A stretch of DNA of 64,000 nucleotides, from positions 8,392,882 to 8,456,881 of the forward strand of contig CAJINV010000004.1 of the NCBI GenBank assembly GCA_905178155.1. The letters are read 5' to 3'. Under the pieces are notes generated by a model. That model ran no database searches. It saw nothing but the letters and a program-made list of their open reading frames with translations, and was not told the origin of the DNA. This DNA comes from Amoebophrya sp. A120. Its lineage: Eukaryota; Protista; Dinoflagellata. Positions 47,595 through 58,600 of this stretch are shown in pieces. Every line of letters begins with the position of its first letter. Position 1 is the first letter of the stretch. A program made the position numbers and the translations under genes.

Positions 47595-49478
47595 CTACAA
47601 ACCTCGAAGCGGTGTTATTTCTGCTATTTCTTCCTGGTCGCCCGCTCGTCCTCCTCCGTCAGACCCAGCAGAGGACGCTCGTGTAGAAGCAGATGCTGCT
47701 ATGTGCGCGTCGCCGCTTGCTCCGCTTGGCTCCGCTCCTCCGGTTGCAGAGGGTGCTGGGGTCTGCGTCGCGATTAGCATTTTCGTTTTCCGTTCCTCGG
47801 CTTGCTTGGAAAATTGTGTGAGCCAGGTCTTCAATTCAGTTACGATGTCTTTTGGTCGTTCTGGATAGAACCTTCCACGTAAAACGGCCGGCTCGCGACG
47901 CTTCTCTTCGCCGGCTTCGAACTCCCTGTGGTTTTGTCCGGCCTTCTCCTTTGACCTGATGGCAGGCGGAGGCTTTTTCGCCTGCGGAGGACGTGACGTT
48001 GCAGTTTTGCATTTCCCCTCCGGGGCCAGTACAGTTTTGAAACCGGAGGGGCCGCGCTTTTGCGCTTCTTCTTTCTCTCTCAGGTCGCGGCGAAACTTCG
48101 CCAGTATTAGCAAGCGCGTTTGCTCCTTTGCAGCGGTGCTTTGTTCTCCTGTGCTTCTGTTTCTGCGAGCAGTAGAAGGTAGCGGCGGGCCGTGCCACTG
48201 ATTTCTGCTGTCGACGCGATCAGATACTGGATCTAGAGCCAGTAATTGCGCCGTAAGCTGGTTCTTTTCCTGCTCCAGTCGTAACGATTCAGACAACAGC
48301 TTAGCGGTGCTGGTTTCACCACCCAAATTAGAATTCACGTAGCCAGCTGGATTCCAAGATTTTCCCTTCAACCCTGCGCTAGTGCATTGCCTGTTCTTGT
48401 TTTTGCCCGCTAATACTGCTGTGACATTGTTCGTGCTTCTTTTACCGCCATTAAAGACATCCCAGTTAACTGCCTTGCCCTTCCCGTGTCCGGGTTTGCC
48501 GTCTTCCAAAGCCTTCGCACGCTCACCGCCCTTTCTCCCTTCCTGGAAGCAGTTCTCCGCTGCCGCTGGCAGCGTTGTTCGCATCAGAAACGGCTCGGCT
48601 TGTGTTCTCTCGGCCGTGTTCACGTGATGTTCCTGGGCTCGCAATCTGTCGGTAATTTCATACCAGGGTGAGTCACTGCTTGATGTTGCTCCTTTCACGT
48701 AGGCAGCCAGATCCACTTCCAAGCGCCCGACGCGGGCCAGTAGTTCATCGTTTCTTCTGCTAAGGTCCTCATTCTTTTCGCGGAGCGTCTGGTTTTCTTC
48801 CCGCAGGTTCTGATTAGTGTCCTCTGGTGAACTGTAGTTCAAACATCCTTGCATGAACAGTTCCGAAACGGCAGACGAGTCATCTGCGGTGGCGACCTTC
48901 GATTCTTGCCCTTGCGCAAGGGGATATTTTTCTCCCTGCGGCGTGGTCCGCCCGACAGCGCCCTCCCCACCCTCGCCAACTCCATCTGCATCATTTTTCT
49001 TGCCACTATCTGCCGCTTCTACTTCAGGTCCGCATACAGTTGCCGCAGTGGCAACGGCAGTTTGTAAATCATTCCAGGCACGGTCCATCGGCACTTCCTC
49101 ATACCAGGTGTTGCCCGACGTCGCGTACCCATCGTCTGGATGTCCGACAAAAGCATGCTCAGATTGTCCCAATTGCGTAAAGAAGCCCGACTGGTAGTCG
49201 TTCTTGCCGCCACAACTAGGCGCACCGGACGCAGTGCTCGGAATGGTCACGTGGTAATGCGTGTTGCACTGCAGCACGTAGTGCACGACCTGTTGTGCTG
49301 CTGTAGTTGACTGCGGTGTTGCTTCTGTTTCGCGATTCATTTTCGCGTGTTGGTCGTGATTATTGTTCCATTCGCGCTCCTCAAATAGCTGCCGCGCAGT
49401 GGTTTCCACCAGTTTCACATCCGAGGAATCGTATGAAGATAGGAAGTTTGCGCCCTGCTTCTGCTGCTCACCAGCCAT
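47595..49478 (-). CDS. 627-aa protein, tandem paralog of 45289-46845 in its N-terminus
   Basis: Shared HYVLQCNxHYHVT, FTQLGQSEHAFVGHPD and TWYxEVP motifs; upstream non-coding DNA also conserved. Confidence 0.8.
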   Translation of the reverse strand: MAGEQQKQGANFLSSYDSSDVKLVETTARQLFEEREWNNNHDQHAKMNRETEATPQSTTAAQQVVHYVLQCNTHYHVTIPSTASGAPSCGGKNDYQSGFFTQLGQSEHAFVGHPDDGYATSGNTWYEEVPMDRAWNDLQTAVATAATVCGPEVEAADSGKKNDADGVGEGGEGAVGRTTPQGEKYPLAQGQESKVATADDSSAVSELFMQGCLNYSSPEDTNQNLREENQTLREKNEDLSRRNDELLARVGRLEVDLAAYVKGATSSSDSPWYEITDRLRAQEHHVNTAERTQAEPFLMRTTLPAAAENCFQEGRKGGERAKALEDGKPGHGKGKAVNWDVFNGGKRSTNNVTAVLAGKNKNRQCTSAGLKGKSWNPAGYVNSNLGGETSTAKLLSESLRLEQEKNQLTAQLLALDPVSDRVDSRNQWHGPPLPSTARRNRSTGEQSTAAKEQTRLLILAKFRRDLREKEEAQKRGPSGFKTVLAPEGKCKTATSRPPQAKKPPPAIRSKEKAGQNHREFEAGEEKRREPAVLRGRFYPERPKDIVTELKTWLTQFSKQAEERKTKMLIATQTPAPSATGGAEPSGASGDAHIAASASTRASSAGSDGGGRAGDQEEIAEITPLRGL

Positions 49479-50705
49479 TTTCGCTTATATCTGTTTTCCA
49501 GCAATAACTACGAGCGAGTAAACAGCAGTTTCAGTTTTTTCATTAAAACCTCATCAGCGTCGATTTTACCCTATACGCATCGAGGAAAAGCAGCAGCGCA
49601 ATTCATTTGACAACTTGTCGGCGTATTCATCTCAACAACCAGAAACGAAAGACTGGAGGTTCACAGTCGTTTATGCAAAGTCTAAAGAAAAATTGTCCTT
49701 TGCATAAAAAAGAACGGGCAAGTGCAGCAAACAATATATAGTTTTGATCCTGTGCCAAGTGAAGCGACCGTAGAAAATGGAAGGAGTGATGAGCAGAACT
49801 CGCGTTTTCGAATCGCGTATCGCAACTCACTTTGGTTAGTATTGGTCGGTCAACCTGCTTCAATCTCACAGGGACGAAGCGAGTATTCTCGAACAGAACT
49901 GCTACCACCGCCTATTCAGTGGCTAGAAGAAAAAGCATAGAGAGCAAGGACGACGTACAATGGTCTTGCTCCTGCTGACTTTTTTCGATAATTTTTCTTA
50001 TACTAGGGCGCGCATCATCAAATGTGAGTGTCGTGAACAATGTAAAGCTTTGTATTGTCTCGTATTCCAGCGGATAAAGAACTGTATCTATGTGGCTGCG
50101 TCGAGGGGTAAAACTAAACACAGCGGATTTTTGAATAAATTCGTGCTTTTGCGCGGTAAAAAAAATCTTCTAAAAAAGTCTGTTTTTTGCTCAAAAAATT
50201 AATATCACGACCTGGCGTGGTCTCTTATTTTCTGTAAAAAATGGGTTGCGTTGCTTTTTTTCATTTGCATTTGCTGGCACTTCGCCTTGTCGTAAGTAAA
50301 ATAAACTTCAAAAAGTTTTGTTTCGCTACACCTCGTTGTGCAGCATCTTCTCGTTGTTCCTCCAGCGAAAATAAATGCATAAAATCAAAGTTGTATTCTC
50401 AGTTGCAGCTAGCTTGAGCTTTGGTTATGATGTTTCGTTCTTGTCACTTATGAAGTCGCGGTCGTTGTTTTTGGTGCTGTTGATTACTGCACAAAAGAAC
50501 CCGTGTGGAGGTCCCTGTTCCGTACTATAGGAGATTCTTGCAAGTATTTTTGTCAAGAACAAGAAAACTCGATGTCATTCCTGCGCTCCATCCTCGACGA
50601 TGTTATCGACGAGAACTACCTGCATTCCATATTGTTCGGTGCTATTGCTATAAACAAGAACGACAAATGAAAACCTGCTAGTACATACCTCTGCTGAAAA
50701 AACGC

Positions 50706-53700
50706 TTATTTCAACGCCATCAGCTTGGTGAAAAACAGCCCCACAGTGTTCGTCGCAATAAAGGTTTCGTCGATGATTCCCTTGACTGCCATGCCGTTCG
50801 CCTTTATGATCGTCACCTCTTCCTTGGATGCAAAAAAGTTCGCCACGTCCTCGTTTCCAATCGCATCCTGGTCGCCGGAAGTTGTACTAGATGGCAGAAG
50901 TTGCGTACTGTTCGTCGTCCCCACTCCTGCTGCAGCATCAGCCGGATTTTTCGCACGATTCACGCCTCGGTTGGCTATCACCGTGTTCAGCGTCTCCAGC
51001 AGGTGTGGGGGCAATTGCGGTGCAACGATCTTGTAGATCTCGTCTTCGTGCTGGTTGTCCTTCTGCTTGTTTTGCTGCTCGTAGTTCATCCTCGAGGAGG
51101 GCTGTTCAGGAGCCATCTGCTTCTGCTCCATGTAGCTGCTGTAGGTGGTGGGAACGGCGCCCCCTCCGGAAGAGGAAACGCGCCTGCGCTTGTTCTGGTG
51201 CTGCGCACCACTTCTTTCGAACCCGTCGTGGTCGTGGTGCCTTTCGTAATTTTTGTCACGCCCACCGCGCATCGTGGCGGCCGATGAGTTGTTATCTTGA
51301 ATTTGATCCGAAAGAACCTCGTCGGGCTCCGGGATAATGTCATTCCGGCGCTCCTCACGGTGCTGGCGGTACGAACCAGCACCTGGTTCGCGGCCTCCGC
51401 GCCGGCGGCTGCTCGTACCTCGTGGGCCCGAGGCGGCGGGTGGTTGGGTTTTAGTACTACGTGCATCTACGGCTCCTCGGAGGTTGTTGTTGGCGTTGTT
51501 ACCTGTTCTTCCCCGGCTGTGGTCTCTACTGGGATGTTGTTGCCCTCTTCCTCTCGAGTCGGTCATATTTCTACTATTCTGTGCGGTATTCATCTTGGTC
51601 GTGTGCCGGCGTTGTTCTCTAGAAGACGAGAAGTCCTTCTTTTTCTCGTTGTTTTGAACGATATCTCTATCCCGAGAAGAAGCTCTGGTATGATTATTTT
51701 TGTTCACAGCGTAGTTCTTATTGTAGTCTCTACTCTCCCTGTCCCTCCGCCGTCGTAGTTCCTCTTCTTCTTCGCGCTGTTTCTCCCTTGTTTCCGCCCG
51801 CTCGCGCTCCTCCCGCTCTCGTCGCACCCGCCGCTCCTCCCGCTCTACCCGCGCCTGCTCTTGCTCTGCCCACTCCTGCCGCGCGCGCTGCAGCTCCTCC
51901 GCCCGGTCCCGTTCTTCCTGCGCCCGCCGCATTCGCATTTGTTCCAACTCGCGCTCCACCCGTTCGCGCTCCACCCGTTCGCGCTCCGCCCGTTCGCGCT
52001 CCGCCCGCTCGCGCTCCGCCCGCTCGCGCTCCGCCCGCTCGCGCTCCTCCTTTTGCTCACGGACGCGCTGTGCCTCCCGTTCCCTCGCGGCCCGGTCCCG
52101 TTCTTGCTGGATCCGCAACTCCTCGCGCTGCCGAGCTTCCTGTTCTGCCTCACGCTGCGCTTTTTTCGCAAGTTCTTCTTGTTCCCGCAGCTTCTTCAGC
52201 CGCGCCTCCTGCTGCGCGGCCCACAGCGCGTTCTGCTCGTCGCGCTCCGCCTGCTCCTGCCGTTGTAGTCGTTCTTCCCGTTCTCGTCTCTGTTCCGCCT
52301 CCTGGTCGACGTGGCGGTTGCCCCGATAATTATTGTCTCGGCCGCGGCTGGTGTGGTTCTTTCGCGTAGTAGTGCCTTGGACGGATTGGGATTCGTGATC
52401 TCTAGTACTGCGGGCAGGGGCCGCACGGTGGCGGTCATAATTTTCCCGACGGTCAGCATGATCTCCGTGATGCGACTGTTGTTCCCGACGACCACCTCGT
52501 CCGCGGCTGCGACTGTTGTTCCTCGCCGCACGATAGTTGTTTGACGTAGTTTCTCGTGCGCTGCCACGGTCGTTGTGCTGTCTCCGGTCGTCCGTCCTGC
52601 TCCGGGGCGTCCTGCGGCGGTGGTGGTTTTCGTCTTGGTTTGGATGGTTAGTTTCCATTTGTTCGTCTCCTCGGGGCAGGTTCATAGAAACAGTACTGGG
52701 TATAGAAAAAGTACCAATACTTCCATCGGGGTTCATGATCAAAGCCTCGCCGGTGCGGACCGCGTATGTCGTCTGCACTTCTAAGGGTATGAGTTCTTCG
52801 GGGGGACAAGTGAACGTCTGCGACGCCGGGGGGAGATCCCGGGCAATGCGCTGGGCGGCGGGAGTTGTAGTTCTGTGCGTTGGCAAAAGTTCTTCCGCAG
52901 GTGGATTTTGTACAGCTTGATTTTGGTCCACCACGACGGGCGGCGGCGCGGCCGCTTTGATCGAGGATGCTTTCGCCGGTACAATCTCGCCCTTCGGAAC
53001 CCGCACGAGGCTTTCAGCATTGTCAGTCTGTTGCTGCTGTTCGCTGCCTTCCTTCGACCCCGGAACGCTTTTTGGCGGAGGCAACCGCCACCCGGTGCTT
53101 CGGCAATGTTGCGCGATCAGGGCCGCCAGCTTGGGGTTTTTCTGCACCTGCTGCTGCAATGCTGGGTTGTCCATCGGGTGAACAATCGCCGGCGGGGCTA
53201 CTTTGCTAACCGCGGGGGGTGCGGGGTTTGAGTGGTTAATATCTTCGTTCTGGTCAACTACACCTGGCGCTGCGCCTCCGCTGTTCTTCGGGGGCCGCAG
53301 ATCCTGGTCAACTACCCGTTTCGAGTTCGACAGGTCTGGCATCGCAGGAAAAAAGCGTTACAGTTACACACTGTGTTGCAGGCCAAGCAAGACAGACAAG
53401 CTCTGTCATGCCGGATATGCATAGGATCCTCGTTTCACAGGTGGTTTCCCGTAGGATTTCTCCATTACAAGTTTTCTCTCTCATGCAGAGAAATTTGTGT
53501 TGCTGAATTCACTACAAATGTGTAACTGTAACACTTTTTTCGTGGGATATCCGGGTACTGAAAAGCAGTAGAACCACGACCGCTATTTGCAGCGGGCGTT
53601 TGGTTCTGCTTTGGGTTTTTATCTTGCTGTTGTTCACGGTCTACTTGATCATGCTCGTCCCACCTCGGTCCTCTGATATTAGCCTCGGGCTCCTGGTGCA

Positions 53701-53897
53701 TATCATCCTCGTGGAAAGGGTTAGAAGCTGGCGCACCCGCGGCCCTTGGAGGCGTAATATCACTCACTGACGTCCGTTTCGGAATGGGCTTTGCCGTCAT
53801 GAGCTCTGCCGGGGCGGAGGTTCTACTCGGAGGGCCCGCTTTGGAGGCGGCTTTCTTGATCGCGTGGCTGGTGGGGAGGGCGGGAATGGAATCAGGC
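50706..53897 (-). CDS. Arg/Glu-rich low-complexity coiled-coil protein; further 5' exon likely near 54030-54250
   Basis: 878-aa ORF extends upstream (FQYP|DLSNSK) after removing 53340-53549. Confidence 0.75.
51948..52046. repeat. 15-bp coding tandem repeat encoding ER(A/V)ER
   Basis: Repeated CGCTCC(G/A)CCCG(T/C)TCG. Confidence 0.9.
53340..53549. mobile_element. Introner family D (210 bp)
   Basis: TIR containing GAAAAAAG(C/T)GTTACAGTTACACA; flanks tctgg/tccgg. Confidence 0.88.
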
Positions 53898-55653
53898 CTG
53901 TGTTAAATTTATGAGTTGATGTGTACTACTAGTTTAATATTTTTGGAATGAAGTTAAAGCGGTATTACAGTTTTTGTTTTTGTGCCTGTAACGCGCTGCA
54001 TGAACAGAACAAATAAATGAATACTGTGCCGTCCCAGCCTGCGGAGAGTCGTTTTCTTCGGTCATCTTCTGCGTGCTGCGGTTGTCCACCTCCGTAAGCA
54101 GCTGCTACAATGGGTGGTGATTGAAGACAGCCTAGTATCAAGGTTGATAGACGCGTCCTGTTTTTTTGATGTACTTTATTTGGGAAGATGTTCATGTTGA
54201 CGAAATTGGGATCGGGATTGGGGGCTCGGGCTGAAGAAGATTGCTGCATGAAAAGAAGCGAACCTGAAATAGAGATGAAAATTGTCGTACAGCAAAATAA
54301 AAGATGCAAGTCGCAATTGTAGTACAAGTAGTACCTGCTGAAGTGATAGCAGCTCAGCACTTCATTGACCACTTTTCCAGCCTAAATCAGACGTCGCTCA
54401 CGTAGTTCTTCTCTGGGCTCACCAAAATGTCGCCAGTTGTGCCGGATGCGTCGAGGAGAAAACAGTTGCGTGAAGTAGATTGGGTGCTTTCCCGGGTGCT
54501 GGTTCTCGTCGTCGCAATATGTTGATGTTATTTTGCTTGTTCTGGAAAACTTTCTAAAATTCCTCGTATATTGCTTGAAAGGTCAGTATTTGAAATGCGG
54601 TGTTCCAAGAAACACGGCTGATTCGTCTAGAGAAATGTGTATTTCTAGGGTCAGAAGACGAAGAGAGCGAGTGCGAGGGTGACCATGTTGGAGAAAAAAT
54701 CACAAATCGGGAGGGGTATCGCAAGTCAAAACAAGTCTGATAAAGCCGAATTGCGGGTACTTATTTGTCGTACGGCTACGGGTTGACAATCAGAGTTGAT
54801 GTGGTTACTAGATTTGTACGGCCAACAAACTTCTGCGGGTGGAACAGGAACATACGCAGTGAATAAATTTTCGAATACAAATTCTGAATCTTCTAGAAAT
54901 AAACTTTAGTACAAGAAACAGGTACTACTTTACAATCGAAATTGACAGGAGTGTCCAAAAGCAGGAGAGGTGGCCTGTGGAAATTCATTTTGTACTGAAC
55001 ATTGATTGTAAAATGATGTCGAAATCTTCGAATCACACTCTGGTGCTGACACAATACCTATTTTTATCTTGTTCACATCGTACAATGAATTGCGAATTTT
55101 AATAAATGCTCAAGAACAAAATTTAAGCCAAGACCATCCGCAAGTGTTTTCCTTTTGTAACTCGGAAAAAAATTTCGATCTCTTTGCTTACGTCACTCGA
55201 AGGAAATCCCCATTTGGAGATTTGTATTTTTGCACGCCACCAGCGCCCATTTGGAGGGAACAATTTCAATCTACGATTTCAGCCTCGTAAGCCAGATAGT
55301 TTGCACAGCCGCAAGATCTTCACATTTACTATTGTGGGAACTTCATGATCATCACTCATTTCGTGTTTGCGTACTAGTATCAAAAGATTCAGATTCAAGA
55401 TCATACACAGCATCAGGCGATGAAGCTTCTAGAATGACCGCATGCAGTTCTCGCATCATGATTGCCAGCTGCACATCACAGGTGCCGAGTCTTCTATCCA
55501 GGCTACCAATGTCGCGTCATTAGGCTTAGGATCTTGATTTCTTGAGTTAAACATGCTGTGAGTGGCTCTTTCGCTTTTCTTTTTCAACACCTCGTCTAGA
55601 AGAGCAACAGACTGGTAAAAAGACGGGTCCTGCTGGAAGATGTAGGTTTGGTT

Positions 55654-58600
55654 TTATGCAATAAAAACCGGTAGCTTCTGGTGAATTACGCGACGGCACA
55701 CGGGGCAGTGCTGCAGCTGCGTGGAGCATTCGTATCAAAGTGAAAAAAGCCCCCACTCCATATCGGAAACGGAGGATGCGCGAATTTGTGATGCTGTATT
55801 TGAGTACACAAATCGACTTGTATTGCTAGAAGGCCAAGAGACGAAGCTGCGGCCTAAATTGCAGGCAATCTGTCATGCTGTTTCCCACTTCCAGTTGCCT
55901 CCTGTCATCCTGGAGCTGCAAGGCTTTCCCACGCTAGACAGCACTACAGTCCGCATCTTTTGCCTTCTAGCATCACAAAGCTGATTTGTGACCACAAATC
56001 TGCATCACAGATTTCCGTTTTGATATGGGGAGGGGGCATTTTTCATTGTAATAGTTCGGGACAGCAAACCAGGTGGCAGCACGGGTAGAAGACGACCTGA
56101 CTGGTACCGTGAGGAAAGATCCCCCCTCCCCATATTGAAAACGTATGTTCCTAAAAATTTGTGATGCTGATTTGTGACCACAAATCCTGTCTCTCTTGCA
56201 AGAAGGCAAGTCCAAAGAATTCGCAGCCTTATTGAGGCGATTTGTATATGCTGTCTCACGTAGATGGCGGGCCTCTGTCATGCTAAGTGCCTACAACAAA
56301 ACACCCCTACGCAGGCTGAGGCTTTGCTTGTAGTGCCTCACTGCAAGACAGGGCTGATTTGTCTACACAAATCCAGCAACAGAAGTTTCCGTAACAATAT
56401 GGGGAAGGGGGATTTTTCACTTTGATAACTGGGCTTGTCCAGACACACACTGCACATCCGATCGGAGGAGAGAATTTCCTGAGAATTTGTCATGCTGAAA
56501 ATTTTTGCCTCCCAAACAAAACTTTATTTGGCACGCATGATAGAGCCGCTCGGAAACGGAATAAAGTAGACTCGAATAGCAGAGCATCAGAATCACCATG
56601 TGGTTATCATACATGATAATCGTACTCTGGTACAACATATTTGACACCTGCAGTTCCGATTTCTGCTGTTCGACCGCTTGGTTTTGCGCGAAAAGCTCCT
56701 CTTTGATCTTCTTCAGCGCCTCAATTTGCTGTTGGTATTCGTGCTGGTCCAGGGCCGACATTCGGCGAAACATGTGCTGCTGCCGCAACAGAATCTCGTC
56801 CGTGTTATGCTTTTTCCCCTCGAGCCAGTCATACCTGCGCTGCAACGCCGCGGCCCGGGCCTCGGAAATGGCACAGCGCTCCTTCCAGGATAAAGTGTCC
56901 AACTCCTCCTGTGATTATTTCGTTTCAAATTTATTGTATTTGGGCATGAAAACAAGTTCTCGGTTGTTACGTGCTGGGGACCATTGTCATCCTGTACGAA
57001 CAAAGCATAATGCACAGTAGGATTAAGATGTTCTTTACATCGGGCTGGGTCCATCTTCGCGTGGGCACGAAAGACAGCGATAATCATGTCGTAAAAACCT
57101 GACTTGGTTCCGGCCAGGGGGGCGGCGGCTCATCGGGGTCTACGAGTTCGGAGGACATGGCAGGAGCTTTGCTTCCAGCCATGAAACCACCTGCGTTCTT
57201 GCTGGAGGAAGATGATGAGCTGTACATCAAGTCCCGTCCTGTTGGCGCTGGACTCAAGACCGACTGCACAAACTGCGACACGTTCCTGGCCGCCTAGTCT
57301 ATGGAAGCGTCAGGATTGAAATCGTTAAAGCTGATATAGTACTATAGTTTGTGATGCATAAAATGCTAGTCGCAAAGTGCCTGTCTTGCAGACCAGGCAA
57401 CTGCGGCCGATTACAAGCCTCCTTGGGGTGTGAGATAGAGCTGCTAAAATAGCATGACAAAAGCAGTCATCTTCTCTGCTCAAACAGCATGACAAATTGG
57501 ATTTTCCATGCTGCCTTTTTTGTCATGCGCCACTTGCAAACTGGGCTCCAGCTGGTATCGCTTTTTTGCATTACAGATTATTGCAACTTTGATGATTTCG
57601 GTCCTGACACTCCCATATGGTCGAAAAGCTCCGTAAACGTGTTCGCGTTCGCGTTGTTCGCGTCGTCGGCGAATAACCTATTGGACGACCCGGTGGTGTT
57701 GCGTGGGTAGTCGTACTGAATTCTCGGTATCGCCGGGTCGAACGGGGGCCGGGCGGCACTGCTAGAGGAGGAAGAGGACGCTATCCTGAGTAAAAACGTA
57801 CCCACACCAGAGTCGGGATGGGGATTTTGCAACACAAACCTAGGAGTTTTGTGAGTCACGCATGACATAAACAGACTGTGCTACTGCGGTGAGTCACGCA
57901 TGACAAGTTTCAGTCCGTAAGGTAGTGCAAGTTAGCAAGGAAAGCCGCATCACGAATCGATCTGCTGATCCTGTTTACAGCATTACAAGTTCCCAAACAC
58001 GATTGAAAATGCCTGTCATGGGATTGCGCATCACAAATGTTCCTGTCATGGCAAATCTGCATGACAACTCTGGTGTGGGTACGTTTTTACTCAGGATAGA
58101 CGCACCAGCGGCAGCACCCGTAGTAGTTGTACTACCCGGCAGCAGCGAAAAGTATCCTGTGTAAAAACGTACCCACACGACCATAGTTGTCATGCTACTC
58201 TGCATGCTTAAAATGTTTCTCATGCGGAGCCCCATGAGAAGCATTTTCTAATGCGGTTTGGAAATCTGTAATGCGCCAATCAGCATGAGATACTAGATCT
58301 GTAATGCTGCTTAGCTAGCTCAAACAGCACTACACTACGCGTCCAAATTTGTCATGCGAAACAGCCACAGCTTATGGATTTGTCTAGCGGATTTCCTATC
58401 TTGACTCTGGTGTGGGGACATTTTTACTCAGGATAAAAAGGGCTGGATAATGGGATTCGGGCGTGGAAGATTTTGGTCCCGATGATCCCGTGGCGTCTCC
58501 GGCAAACTCCGCAGTCGCTGCCGGGCCACCGCATCGCGCTCCCGGACGATGGCCGCTGGGTCCGGTGGAATTTGCCGTGCCGAGTTGGTGTCCGATGTGG

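Noticed and set aside
30575-53231. Plus-strand ORFs overlapping long minus-strand genes
   Set aside because: Antisense shadows of GC-rich, low-complexity coding sequence.
56460-56644. Additional introner before the RING domain
   Set aside because: An intron is needed here and a motif is present, but the ends are too degenerate to fix boundaries, so it is not listed as a feature.
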